64,000 nucleotides of DNA from Paraspadella gotoi (GCA_051294375.1 CM119268.1:2214232-2278231), one strand, 5' to 3'. Counted from the first letter of the stretch, positions 37,900 through 51,197 are shown. Numbers and translations: made by a program. The notes: generated by a model not told the origin, from the sequence alone.

Positions 37900-40200
37900 G
37901 GAGGGAGGGGGAGGTGGAAGCGCATGGGGTTTAGGTGGAAGGGGGGAGGGGAAAGGGGAACAGGGGGAAAGGGGTAGAGTTGGAAGGGGGTAGGTTGGAG
38001 GGGGGGAGGGGGAAGAAAGCGGAAAGGGGGAAAGGGGTAGGTGGAACGTGGGGGGGGGCAGGTGGAAGAGGGGGGGAGGGGAAAGGGAAAGGGGGAAAGG
38101 GGTAGATGGAAGGGGGGCAGGTGGAGAGGGGGGAGGGGAAAGGGGAATAGGGGGAAAGGGGGGTAGGTGGATGGGGGGAGGTGAAGGGGGGAGGGGAAAA
38201 AAGGGGGAAACCGAGGGAAAGCGGGTAGACATGGAAGGGGGGAGGTGGACAGGGGGGAAGGGGGAAAGGGGAAAGAGCGGGTAGGTGGATGGGGAGTGTG
38301 GAGGGGAGGGGAAGAGGGGGAAAGGGGGAAAAGGGCGTAGATGCGACAGGGGGGAGGGTGGGAAGGGGGGAGGGGAAAGGGGAAGGGCGAAAGGGGTAGA
38401 GTGGAAGGGGCGGAGGTGGAGAGGGGGGCGGGAGGGGAAAAGGGGTAAAGGGGGAGAAGGGGTGTGGAAGGGGGGGGGCAGGTGGGGAAGGGGGGAGGGG
38501 GAAAGGGGAAAGGGGGAAAGGGTAGATGGAAGGGGGTGAGGTGGAGAGGGGAGGGGTATTAGGGGGGTATTGGTGGATTATGGGGTGTGATTAGGGGAAT
38601 AGGGAATAGGGGAATATGGTTAGATTGGTATAGGGGGGAGGTGGACTTATGGGGTTAGGTGAAGGTTGTGTTGGTAGGGGGAAGGGGTAAATGGGTTAGA
38701 TGGATTAGGGTGGGTATTGGTGACAGGTGGGGAGGTGGTAAGGGGAGGGAGTGGTATTAGGGGGGAGGGTTGGGTTTATGTTGTGTGTTATTATTTAGGG
38801 TTGATTAAGTGGATATTTAGTGTATGTGGAAGGCCGGGGTATGGGTGTATATGGTTTGGGTAGATGGAAGGGGGACGCGGTGGCATTTTAGAACGTGAGC
38901 GGGAGGTGGGGCGGAGAAAGAGGTTGTTGAAAAAGGGGGAAAGGGGTAGATGGTAAGCGGGGGGCTTTCCTTGAAGTTTGTTGTGGAGTTATTTTATATG
39001 ACAGAAGATTCAAGGGGATGGGGGGTGTGGGAAGGGTGAGGTATACCATCATCGCGGGGCAAGGGGGAGGGGAAGGGGGATAAAGGGGTAGAGAAATGGC
39101 AGGGGCGGGAGGTGGGAAGGGGGTGAGGGGAACGGGGATACAGGTCGCGGGAGGGGTAGAACTGGGAAGGGGGGATGGCGGCTGGAAAGAGGGCAGGGGG
39201 GAGAGGGGGCGGAAAGGGGAAGGGGTAGATAACGCAACACTTCCTGGATAGGGGGGAGGGCTGGAGGGGGAGGGGGAAGGGGGGAGACAGGGGGAAAGGG
39301 GGATTAAAGGGCGTACGGTGTGGACTGTAGGGGGAGGGGGAAAAGGGGGACGAGGGGGACAAGGGGTAGAATGGGATCAGGGGGAGGTGGAGAGGGGGAG
39401 CGGCGGAAGGGAAGGGGGAAAGGGACAAAGGGGTAGTGGTTGGGTGGACGCGGGAAGAGGGGGGAGGGGGAAAAGGGGAAAGGGGGAAAGGGGTAGGATG
39501 GAGGGGTAGCGTGGAGGGGGGGGGAGGGGGAGAAGGGGAAAGGGGAAAGGGGTAGACAGTGGGAACAGGGGGGACGGTGGAAGGCGGGGGGGGAGGGCGC
39601 GAAAGCCGGGACCAAGTGGGGGAAAGGGGTAGATGCGAAGAGGGGGGGCAGGTGCGAAGGGGTGGGAGGGGCGAAAAGGGGCAAAGGAGGGAATAGGTGG
39701 TAGATGGAGCGGGGGAAGCCGGTGGAGAGGCGCGGGAAGCGGGAAAGCGGGAAAGGTGGGGAAAGGGGTAGAAGGATGGAAGGGGGTTGGTATGGTGGTA
39801 AAGGGGGGAGGTGGCGAAATGTGGGAAAGGTGGGAAAGGGGTAGATCGGAAGGGGGGAGGTGGGAGAAGGGGAGGAGGGAAAGGGGAAGGGGGGAAAGGG
39901 GAATAAGGGCGCGTAAGGTGGAAGGGGCGGAGCGGCGTGGACCAGGGAGTTAGTTGGGCGAAGGGCGGAAGGCGGGAAGGGGCGAAGAAGAAAGAGGAGA
40001 GTGGTAGGGAATGGGGGAGGTGGGAAGGAAAAAATGTGCGAGGGGAAGTGGAGGAATGAAGATGATAGTGGAGTAGGGGGGGATGGGAGGGTCGAAGGGG
40101 GGTGGTGAAAGGAGGAAGAGGAAAAAGGCGGCCAGGGCTGAAAGAGGGAGGGGCTGCGAGCACGGGGGTAGGGTGGAAAGGGGGTAGGCGTGGAGGGGGG
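37900..40200. repeat. G-rich minisatellite of about 45-50 bp, noisy in the middle
   Basis: Unit approximately ggggaggggaaagggggaaaggggtagatggaaggggggaggtgga; dense G-tracts. Confidence 0.8.
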
Positions 40201-40229
40201 AAGTGAGGGTGGAGATGGCCGGTTGAGGG

Positions 40230-40762
40230 AGAAGGAGAGAGTCGAGACAGGAATTTTGGTAAAGGAAGGCGGGCGGCGGCGGCGGCTGGCGAAGCCGGCT
40301 TGTCAAGGAGACGGGCGGTGGACGTTGGCGGCGGTAATGTGTGGGTTAAAGCATGGGACGCGGAAAAGCGCTGGGCGGCGAAGCGTCAACTGCGTTGGAC
40401 TTGGATGTCAGAGGACTGTGTCACTACGGCAGGGTAGGTGAATACTCGGCCGGTCGATGAAATCTGCACGAGGAACGGGCCCGACGGCCGAGGTCCCTGT
40501 GTCTCTTTTCGGTAAATCAGGGAAGATGAGCTTTTTCTAAGGGTTAATCAGAGATAATAGCCTAGGAAGTCCTGGGTCGCCATCGTCCCCGGTGTCGTCT
40601 GCTAGCGGTTGCCAGGGCACAAAACAGCAAATTGTGAATGCATGACGGCGGCTAGTGTTGTTTGTCGTGCGTTCTGCTGTAGTGATTGGGCAATCAGCGG
40701 AAGGCGGGCGTGCCAATCGCTCTGGGAAGTTGTAAAGACGGCGCGGCGGGAGGCCGGCTGCA
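40230..40762. other. Insertion-rich duplicate of 40763-41190; likely raw long-read gap fill
   Basis: Same motif order (gagagtcga..ggaatt.ggtaaa..gacgttggcggcggtaat..ggacttggatgtca..ctagcggttgcc..aaacagcaaattgt) but about 100 bp longer through scattered insertions. Confidence 0.75.
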
Positions 40763-42714
40763 GGAGGGAGAGTCGAAAGGAATTTGGTAAAAGGCGGCGG
40801 CGGCGGTGACGGAGCTTGCGATATGGGCGGCGGCTTGTCAAAGACGGCGGGGACGTTGGCGGCGGTAATTGTGGAGAGCATGGGATGCGGAAAACGCTGG
40901 CGGCGAAGTCGCCAACTGCTTGGACTTGGATGTCACATGTCACAGGCAGTGAATACGCGGTGATAAATTCACGAACGGCCGACGACAGTCTGTCCCTATG
41001 TTATCAGGAAAGACTTTTAAGGGTTAAAGAGGAAATAGCCAAGGAAATCCCTGGGTCCCTCTAGCGGTTGCCGCACAAACAGCAAATTGTAATGCATGAC
41101 GCGGCTATGTTGTTTGTCGTCTGCTGTAATGGCTGCGAAGGCGGCGTGCCATCGACTGGAATTGTAAAGACGGCGGCGGAGGCGGCGGCGGCGGCAGCGG
41201 CCGCAGCTGTTGTCACGTCGGGCGCGAATAAATGGAGAACGAAATGTCGCATAAGAGATCTTAATGGACCTTAACCCAAAAGGGAGAGAAGGGAAAAAAN
41301 NNNNNNNNNNNNNNNNNNNNNNNNNNNNNNNNNNNNNNNNNNNNNNNNNNNNNNNNNNNNNNNNNNNNNNNNNNNNNNNNNNNNNNNNNNNNNNNNNNNN
41401 NNNNNNNNNNNNNNNNNNNNNNNNNNNNNNNNNNNNNNNNNNNNNNNNNNNNNNNNNNNNNNNNNNNNNNNNNNNNNNNNNNNNNNNNNNNNNNNNNNNN
41501 NNNNNNNNNNNNNNNNNNNNNNNNNNNNNNNNNNNNNNNNNNNNNNNNNNNNNNNNNNNNNNNNNNNNNNNNNNNNNNNNNNNNNNNNNNNNNNNNNNNN
41601 NNNNNNNNNNNNNNNNNNNNNNNNNNNNNNNNNNNNNNNNNNNNNNNNNNNNNNNNCAACGAAAGAGTTGCGGATCTAAGCAAAGTTCCGTCGCGGACCC
41701 ATTAGCCGGCGGATTTCCGGTGCCATTGCCGATGGCGTTGCCGGTGTCGTCGCCGGTTCCATTGCCGGTGCCATCGGCGTCGAGATGCGTCGCGGTTCCA
41801 TCGATCTTTCGTCGAAATCCGGTGAAGGAGATCGGATATGATTTGTGATGGAAGATTAAAGTTTTCTCTTTGTCTCCGTTTTCTATGGTGCTGGTATNNN
41901 NNNNNNNNNNNNNNNNNNNNNNNNNNNNNNNNNNNNNNNNNNNNNNNNNNNNNNNNNNNNNNNNNNNNNNNNNNNNNNNNNNNNNNNNNNNNNNNNNNNN
42001 NNNNNNNNNNNNNNNNNNNNNNNNNNNNNNNNNNNNNNNNNNNNNNNNNNNNNNNNNNNNNNNNNNNNNNNNNNNNNNNNNNNNNNNNNNNNNNNNNNNN
42101 NNNNNNNNNNNNNNNNNNNNNNNNNNNNNNNNNNNNNNNNNNNNNNNNNNNNNNNNNNNNNNNNNNNNNNNNNNNNNNNNNNNNNNNNNNNNNNNNNNNN
42201 NNNNNNNNNNNNNNNTCCTTTATCTCAAGCCATCATCAGCCGATAGAGACAATCCTTTCTCTTCGTCTTCATTGTCTTCATCTTTTTCACAAACTCCTAT
42301 TTTTCTTTTTTTTTNNNNNNNNNNNNNNNNNNNNNNNNNNNNNNNNNNNNNNNNNNNNNTTTTATATATTTTTTTGTGAAGTTATAATATTTCTATAACT
42401 ATTTTTACAATTATTCAAGATAACTAAATTAACTACAACTATAACGCCGCTATTAAATTAAAATACTGTATTTTTTGTATCCGTTTAACAAATTTCAATA
42501 AACTGTAAAATCTATTTTTCCGATGTTCCTTTTTTTTTATAGATAAACAATGGAAAATAAACGGCGTCTTATCCAACGTTTTTAACGCTTGGTTGCGCCT
42601 CTGTCGATTCGCTACTCGCATTTTTTTTTCAGCGACGATGATTTACAATCGCAGTTACTAATGACGTTAATTTGGCGGCCATTATCAGCAGAGAAGCGAT
42701 TGCTGTTATCATCG

Positions 42715-43095
42715 CCTTCGTCGTTGTGGACGTCGTTGTGGTCGTCGTTGTGGTCGTCGTTGTGGNNNNNNNNNNNNNNNNNNNNNNNNNNNNNNNNNNN
42801 NNNNNNNNNNNNNNNNNNNNNNNNNNNNNNNNNNNNNNNNNNNNNNNNNNNNNNNNNNNNNNNNNNNNNNNNNNNNNNNNNNNNNNNNNNNNNNNNNNNN
42901 NNNNNNNNNNNNNNNNNNNNNNNNNNNNNNNNNNNNNNNNNNNNNNNNNNNNNNNNNNNNNNNNNNNNNNNNNNNNNNNNNNNNNNNNNNTTGTGGTCGT
43001 CGTTGTGGTCGTCGTTGTGGTCATCGTTGTGGTCGTCAGTGTGATCGTCAGTGTGGACGTCATTTTGGCCATCGTTGTGGTCGTCGTTGTGATCG
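42715..43095. repeat. 12-bp tandem repeat (gtcgttgtggtc)n spanning a gap
   Basis: Units on both sides of the 42766-42990 gap. Confidence 0.85.
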
Positions 43096-46000
43096 TCGGT
43101 ACGATCCCCATAATTTTGTTTAGGTTTATCTTTTGTTGTTGTTGTTGTCGTCAAATTGTTTTCCAAGGCGGAGGAAATCTTACCGAATTATCATAATGAA
43201 ATATTCTCGGCTTGAAGATTCTTCCAGATGTGATTTAGTTTTCGTCGTTGTTGTTGTGCTTTTGTTGTTGTTATTCTTTTGTTGCGGTACAGTTGTCGCG
43301 TCTAAAGATAAATCGTTGTTTTCTTGCCATCGGAAAAAAAAANNNNNNNNNNNNNNNNNNNNNNNNNNNNNNNNNNNNNNNNNNNNNNNNNNNNNNNNNN
43401 NNNNNNNNNNNNNNNNNNNNNNNNNNNNNNNNNNNNNNNNNNNNNNNNNNNNNNNNNNNNNNNNNNNNNNNNNNNNNNNNNNNNNNNNNNNNNNNNNNNN
43501 NNNNNNNNNNNNNNNNNNNNNNNNNNNNNNNNNNNNNNNNNNNNNNNNNNNNNNNNNNNNNNNNNNNNNNNNNNNNNNNNNNNNNNNNNNNNNNNNNNNN
43601 NNNNNNNNNNNNNNNNNNNNNNNNNNNNNNNNNNNNNNNNNNNNNNNNNNNNNNNNNNNNNNNNNNNNNNNNNNNNNNNNNNNNNNNNNNNNNNNNNNNN
43701 NNNNNNNNNNNNNNNNNNNNNNNNNNNNNNNNNNNNNNNNNNNNNNNNNNNNNNNNNNNNNNNNNNNNNNNNNNNNNNNNNNNNNNNNNNNNNNNNNNNN
43801 NNNNNNNNNNNNNNNNNNNNNNNNNNNNNNNNNNNNNNNNNNNNNNNNNNNNNNNNNNNNNNNNNNNNNNNNNNNNNNNNNNNNNNNNNNNNNNNNNNNN
43901 NNNNNNNNNNNNNNNNNNNNNNNNNNNNNNNNNNNNNNNNNNNNNNNNNNNNNNNNNNNNNNNNNNNNNNNNNNNNNNNNNNNNNNNNNNNNNNNNNNNN
44001 NNNNNNNNNNNNNNNNNNNNNNNNNNNNNNNNNNNNNNNNNNNNNNNNNNNNNNNNNNNNNNNNNNNNNNNNNNNNNNNNNNNNNNNNNNNNNNNNNNNN
44101 NNNNNNNNNNNNNNNNNNNNNNNNNNNNNNNNNNNNNNNNNNNNNNNNNNNNNNNNNNNNNNNNNNNNNNNNNNNNNNNNNNNNNNNNNNNNNNNNNNNN
44201 NNNNNNNNNNNNNNNNNNNNNNNNNNNNNNNNNNNNNNNNNNNNNNNNNNNNNNNNNNNNNNNNNNNNNNNNNNNNNNNNNNNNNNNNNNNNNNNNNNNN
44301 NNNNNNNNNNNNNNNNNNNNNNNNNNNNNNNNNNNNNAAACGTAAAAAAACCCTGGCGAAGCTTTTGCCACGAAGGCCACCTGGACTCCTGGAATAATAA
44401 TGAAACCGAGAGAATAATTGGCATCTTGGCCGAAGAGTTCCGGTCGGAGGACGACAAAGCCGACGCTGCAGACGCCGCAGCAACCTCCGCAGCAGCCGAA
44501 GCCGCTTCCGCAGAAACCGACAACGACAACGAGGTTTAATTAGGAAAACGTGCAAAACTTCCGACGGCTCGTTTTAATCGAATGGTAATTAGATTGTAAT
44601 CGAACTTTGTATTTGTAATCGTTATTTTCATTTTAAAAACTTCTTTCTCTTTTTCCCAAGGTTTAATTTTGTGCCGGGGCACGTCTCTNNNNNNNNNNNN
44701 NNNNNNNNNNNNNCCTACTGGTTCGCTCGACACTGATCCACAAGAAGCACCAGCGGCTGAGTTGGCGTAACTTCATTGGCGCGCGGTTCAAAGTTGGCTG
44801 GTTTTGAATTATGCAAATTTAAAAGTTCGATCCGCACGAGGTCCTCAAGATGATCTTCATTTTCACGACGTGCTCCATAGCACCCCTCAAGATAATTCGG
44901 ACGAGTCGTCGATCGATTGGAAAGTATGGTCGAGATATGCTTTTCTCTGAAGGTCCGATGGTGGTAAGACCATACAAGTAGAATTTTGGGAGTAGGGTCA
45001 ATCTCAGAAAATGATGATTTTTGTTGTCCGATTAGATGAAATATGGGTCAAAAAAGTGAGGCAATCAGTAGACGAGATTTTCTCTAAACTGGTCGCAGAA
45101 GTGTTATGATCTCCTTGGGGTTCGTTGCTCCATATTATCCTTAAGGAAGGGCTTATTGTTCAAAGGCGTTACGAGGACGACCTAAAGCTTACTGGGGACG
45201 GAAACAGTCCGAGAGCTTTTTTAAAATAAAATTAAAAAACATTATTTAAAAATTTACAGCTGCAAGCTCGAATTTTGATTTCTACTTGTAATTTTAATAA
45301 TTTTTCTACTCTTTTACTAACAAAAATGCAAAATAAAAAAAAAATATATAACATCATCTATTTTGCGATCTTTTATCTTTATCATATCTTCAATTGTGTA
45401 TTCAGCATATTTAATCGATTATTGGTTAGATATTCTTTTTTATTAATAATTAATATTTTTAACCTCAAAATCTTAATATTAAAAAAAAATTGTTGTCTCT
45501 AAATTTATTTATATATTTATTTTTTCCTTCTTTTTTTTTCTGCTCTCATTTTTTCTTTCTTTTCGTTTTTTTCTTTCTTTTTTTTTGACAAACCATGGAA
45601 GATGACCCTACAATAAGGTTTAATTTTTTCAAAAAGGCTCTTTATCTCTTTAAAAGAGACTCCGCGGATCGCTCTGCGAACCCATGATCGATCCGCTCCG
45701 GGCAGCAGAAGAGAAGGCTCGAGGTGACTGAGGGGTAAGGAGAGAGAAAAGAGGTAATTTCGCGGCTTAGCAGCTTCGATTCGGATCGACTTCTGACCGT
45801 TCGCGCGGATCGGGATGATAGTGGAGAAGAGAGAATGAGGAGTAAGAAATGGACCGATGGACAGTAAGTCGAAGCGCAGGGTAAGAAGTGCGATCTGGCA
45901 TCGCGCGCTTGCCTTGCTCCTGGAGGCTTGCGGCAGATTCGTAGGCTTTCTGCAGTATTTAGCATGACTCTCTTTTTCTCTCTCTGCTTCTCTTCTCTCT

Positions 46001-46638
46001 CTCTCTCTCTCTTCCTCTCTCTCTCTCTCTCTTCGTGGTACAACTGCGGGTAAAAAATAAGTTGTCTCCAACATATTTTTTTTTTTCGCAACAAATATTC
46101 TGAGTCTTAGACGAAAATGTGCTCAGACTCGTTGTGTTGGAGAGATAGTAGTGACGGTTAGAGAGATGGAGAGAGGACTGATGAGAGAGAGATGAGAGAT
46201 GAGATCGTACTGGCGTTTGGCATTAAAGAGGGTAAGTAAAACATCAGGATGGCATCGGGGTTAGAGAAAAATAAGGAGTAAAGTCTCAGAAGAAAATAAG
46301 TCAACAGAAATTTGGTGAAGTGAAAAAAAGAAGGAATATTGGGATACACTTGTGGTTCTTACATTTGATAATATCTCCTCCTAATGTTAGTCGTTAAAAG
46401 AAAACAAAATTTTCTCAAAGCTCAGGAAGCCAAAGGAATGACATCGAAGCCATTATTAAAAATATTAGGAATAAAAATTAATTTTTAGCATAGGCGCATC
46501 TGAGTTATTTTGATTAGGATGCTGGGTAATGTGAAATTGTGAGGATAATAAAACCATCACAAAGGTTTGATAAAGCGAGAATATCAGGGCAGAGGTGTGA
46601 TCAACCGTGATTGTCGAGAGAAAAAGTAATACTATTAA

Positions 46639-46770
46639 GAAACGTGACATGATTAAGGCAAAGACTCGTTAAACAAGAACTGACAAGGTAAAGAAGTGAG
46701 AAAAGTGACATGATGAAGTCAAAGAATCGTTAAACAAGTACTGACAAGGCAAAGTAGCGGTGAAACGTGA
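46639..46770. repeat. About 61-bp tandem duplication, 2 copies
   Basis: gaaa.gtgacatgat.aag.caaaga.tcgttaaacaag.actgacaagg.aaag starts at 46639 and 46700. Confidence 0.8.
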
Positions 46771-47147
46771 TGCTAATAAAGTGAAGGTGTGAAGAAAAGC
46801 GAAGAAAGACGAAGGGAAAAAAATCGTCGCCTAAATGAAAGCGCTGGTTTTTTATGAGACAACGCCGACGGCGCCATTCGATGCTCAGCGGGTGGTTGAG
46901 TGGGATGTGGAGGGAGATGTGGGAGTTGGAGTGGGTTGTGGTGGGAGGTTGTGGGCGGAGATGTGGGTGGAACGATGAAGGAGGAGGTAGGCGAGTGTGG
47001 AATGTAAACTAAGAGAAAGTAAGCGGATGGAATGGAATGAGAAGGGAGATTTAAGCAAGTGTTACTAATTATGGAGTAGAAGAATTGTTGTGTGAACTTC
47101 GAGTCAGAGACAGAATGAAGAAATGAAGAAAGTGCAAGAAATCTTAG

Positions 47148-47260
47148 AATTTAAAAACGGAGATGTTTCGGCTGAATTGGTAACCTTCATCAGGGCAATA
47201 TTTAGTAGATGAAGGGTAACACTTTAGCCGAAACCTGTTCGTTTTTAATTTTAAATAAAA
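47148..47260. mobile_element. Penelope-like pLTR palindrome containing a hammerhead-ribozyme core motif
   Basis: Arms 47148-47191 and 47208-47251 are inverted (about 36/44); minus strand reads CTGATGA-agg...gcc-GAAAC; plus arm has the degenerate taGATGA-agg...gcc-GAAAC followed by AATAAA at 47254. Confidence 0.5.
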
Positions 47261-49099
47261 CAATTTCGTTGTGTGTAAACGATACAAATTTTTCTCTTCT
47301 TAAATTCTACTAACGCAACGAAAATATCAATCCGAAAGTAGTTATCTTAGTGAACAAAGAGTGAAGCGGAGTTTTGTGATATAATAGGGGGTTTGGTGAT
47401 ATAATAGGGGGTTTGGTGATAGAGAAAAAGATGGAGAAGGAGACGGTGAGACTTGGAATGAAGATTGGTTTTTGGACGCGAGACAGAGAAGATGAAGAAA
47501 TATTCGACCTAACGAGAACAGGGTATGGAGATAGAGAGGAGAAGAGTAGAAGAGAGAGAGAGAGAGAGATGAGAGAGAGAGAGCGAGAGACGAGAGAGAG
47601 CAGAGAGACTTTTCTAAATGAAGAAAAACGAAAAAGAAGATAACGAGGGGCGAGAGAGAGGAAGAACAGAGAGAGATGGGCAGAGAAAAACATAGAGAGG
47701 GAAAAGAGAGGGAAAGAGAGAGAGGACAGAGAGAGAGAGAGAAAGAAGAGAGAGACAGAGACTTTCCTCCCCTTTTTATCGCTCCACATCCTTTTTCCGC
47801 GCAAGGAGCCGAGTGCTCGTGTCCGGAACTCGCTTGGCAATGGCGGAACAATATAATGTTTATTTCTCGGATAACCGTTCCATAAATATCTCTACGGACT
47901 TCGTGAGGGTGAGCGGCGGAGAGAGGGAAACGTGAGGCGTTGGAGTCGGGACAAATGGACGGGGTAACTGCTTCACGTTTGTTCACGACTCTTCACGGTC
48001 GGGGGGGGGTTGTGATCTGCCTCGGATGTTGCGAGGATCAAGCGCGACGATTCTTGGATTCTTTGCTGCCAATTTGGTTCTGTCGGTTCAGCGATATTGC
48101 AGTCTTCTTGCAGTCTTCTTGCAGACTTGGTTCAGCGGTTTTGCAGTTTTCATCGATAGAGCGTCCATTCTCGCCCGGTCTCCTTTTTATAGCATTTTTT
48201 TATTCCAATTTCATTTTCGCGATTTTATAAAAGAATTTAAGACTTTTTATTCGCTTCATTCCTCCCTTTTTTGCTTCATTCCNNNNNNNNNNNNNNNNNN
48301 NNNNNNNNNNNNNNNNNNNNNNNNNNNNNNNNNNNNNNNNNNNNNNNNNNNNNNNNNNNNNNNNNNNNNNNNNNNNNNNNNNNNNNNNNNNNNNNNNNNN
48401 NNNNNNNNNNNNNNNNNNNNNNNNNNNNNNNNNNNNNNNNNNNNNNNNNNNNNNNNNNNNNNNNNNNNNNNNNNNNNNNNNNNNNNNNNNNNNNNNNNNN
48501 NNNNNNNNNNNNNNNNNNNNNNNNNNNNNNNNNNNNNNNNNNNNNNNNNNNNNNNNNNNNNNNNNNNNNNNNNNNNNNNNNNNNNNNNNNNNNNNNNNNN
48601 NNNNNNNNNNNNNNNNNNNNNNNNNNNNNNNNNNNNNNNNNNNNNNNNNNNNNNNNNNNNNNNNNNNNNNNNNNNNNNNNNNNNNNNNNNNNNNNNNNNN
48701 NNNNNNNNNNNNNNNNNNNNNNNNNNNNNNNNNNNNNNNNNNNNNNNNNNNNNNNNNNNNNNNNNNNNNNNNNNNNNNNNNNNNNNNNNNNNNNNNNNNN
48801 NNNNNNNNNNNNNNNNNNNNNNNNNNNNNNNNNNNNNNNNNNNNNNNNNNNNNNNNNNNNNNNNNNNNNNNNNNNNNNNNNNNNNNNNNNNNNNNNNNNN
48901 NNNNNNNNNNNNNNNNNNNNNNNNNNNNNNNNNNNNNNNNNNNNNNNNNNNNNNNNNNNNNNNNNNNNNNNNNNNNNNNNNNNNNNNNNNNNNNNNNNNN
49001 NNNNNNNNNNNNNNNNNNNNNNNNNNGCCCGGCCCTTTTTATAGCATTTTTTTATGTCCCAATTTCATTTTGCCGATTTATATAAAGAATTTAAGACTT

Positions 49100-49770
49100 T
49101 GCTTCATTCCTCTTTTTGCTTCATTTCTTCTTTTTTCTTCCCCTTTTTTGCTTCATTCCTCCCTTTTTTTGCTTCATTCCTCCAATTTTTTTGCTTCATT
49201 CCTCCCTTTTTGCTTCTCCTTGCTTTCATTCTCCTTTTGCTTCATCCTCCATTTTTTCTTCATTCCTCCTTATTGCTTTCTTCCTCCTCTTTTTGCTTCA
49301 TTCCTCCTTGCTTCATCCTCTTTTTGCTTCATTCCTCCCTTTTCTCATTCCTTCCTTTTTGCTTCATCCTCTTTTTTGCTCATTCCTCCTTTTTTTGCTT
49401 CATTCCTCCTTTTTGCTTCATTCCTCCATTTTTTGCTTCATTCCTCCTTTTTTGCTTCATTCCTCCCTTTTTTGGCTTTCATTCCTCCTTTTTTTCCTTC
49501 ATTCCTCCCTTTTTGCTTCATTCCTCCCTTTTTTGCTTCATCCTCCATTTTTTGCTTCATTCCTCCATTTTTGCTTTCTCTCCCATTTTTTGCTTCATTC
49601 TCCCTTTTGCTTATCCTCCCTTTTTTGCTGTTTCTCCCTTTTGCTTCATTCCTCCTTTTTTGCTTCATTCCTCCATTTTGCTTCATTCCTCCCTTTTGCT
49701 TCATTTCCTCCCTTTTTTGCTTCATTCCTCCATTTTTCTTCATTCCCTTTTTGCTTCATTCCTCCCTTTT
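49100..49770. repeat. About 19-20-bp minisatellite (ttttgcttcattcctccc)n, probably continuing through the 48283-49026 gap
   Basis: Dozens of units; the same unit begins at about 48252, left of the gap. Confidence 0.9.
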
Positions 49771-50212
49771 CGAGCTTCGAAAATGATTCTCTCTCCAAGA
49801 GAAACATTCATTAACGCCGATCGACGCATTGTCCTCAGCGGTGGACGGTTGGCGGTCGCCTTGTCTGACTCAGCTTTTGATCTCAACGAGTCTGAGGCGT
49901 CAATCAACCAAATGTTATATTCGCGTCAATGATAATCGGAAAATGTTTTTGATTAGAAAAAAAAAAATTAGTTAATTTATAAATTTATACGTAGAATATG
50001 TTTTTTTTTTTTTCAGTTTCTCTAACATTTCGTTTTCTCTTTACTATTCAAATTAGAAAAATTTTAAAATTACGATTCTGATTTAAATTTCAACGTGAAA
50101 TGAACATGAAGATTAAAAAGACCATTTTGTTTTTTTTTTTTCTTCCGTCGCAAGATTAAAATTGTTTTAAATCGATATCTTTCACAAAACTTCAGTTCAC
50201 GATTGTCAGTCA

Positions 50213-50247
<35 letters not shown>

Positions 50248-51197
50248 TGTCATTCAACGTAGGACGCAGTGAATACAAATAGTTACACTCAATTCTGATC
50301 GTGAATCGCAAGGGCTTCTTTCCATCGCCGTTTCATGTAAATGGCGTGAATGGAGAATCGGTCATGTGACTTTTACTATTTCCTTTTTCCATTTTTTTAT
50401 TTTCTTTCTTTATTTCTTTCTTTCCTGATTTTTTTCTACATATATATATATATATATATTTATTGTTTTCTATATTTCTATTTTTTCCCCATGTCTTTCT
50501 TTCTTTCTTTCTTTCCCTATTTTTTTTTCTTTTTTCCCAACCCCTCCAAGTTCCACTTCAGAATACAAAACGACTGATAATAATCAATCTGAGAATTGCC
50601 CCAGTTTTTATTGCCCTTCGGACGAACCGGGGAAAAGTGCTTGTTTATCGGCGGCAAACAAGCGCGATCGGCGCTAATGCTTTGCTTGGTCGTCGTCGTC
50701 GTCATCGTTGTCGTCGTCGTCGTCATCGTTGTCGAGATCGACAGGTTTTTCACGACAGTCGAAGATCTCATCCTTGAAGTGACTTAAGAGCCTTCTTCAT
50801 CATCATCATTCATCATCATCATCATCATCATCATCGATTGGGCTGGCTGCATGGCGATGGGATGCAGTACATCGATTCATGGCAGTGGCATTCATGCGAT
50901 GTGCATATGTCGACGTCACGTGACCCCCATTGCTCCGCGTAACAAAGCGCGAATAAGATCACTAGTGTGGGTCGCGTGGGACGACTGTGTTCCGCCGCAA
51001 GGTTCGGCTGCGTTGGTGATCGATTCGCGCACGCCCGATGCGAGTGTACTGGCATCGGTGGTATCTGTCTCTACTTGTTCTCTCTCTCGGGGGTGCTCGG
51101 GTACGCGTGTCGTCGGTGGGATCGCGTGCTCGACATCTCTGTCTCTCTCTCTCCAGGAGTGTCTACTCGCGGTTGGCTTCTCGATCTCTCATCTCTC

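Noticed and set aside
40763-41250. Coding exon, or biological tandem duplication
   Set aside because: Only short ORFs with no recognisable domain; the upstream copy looks like a raw read
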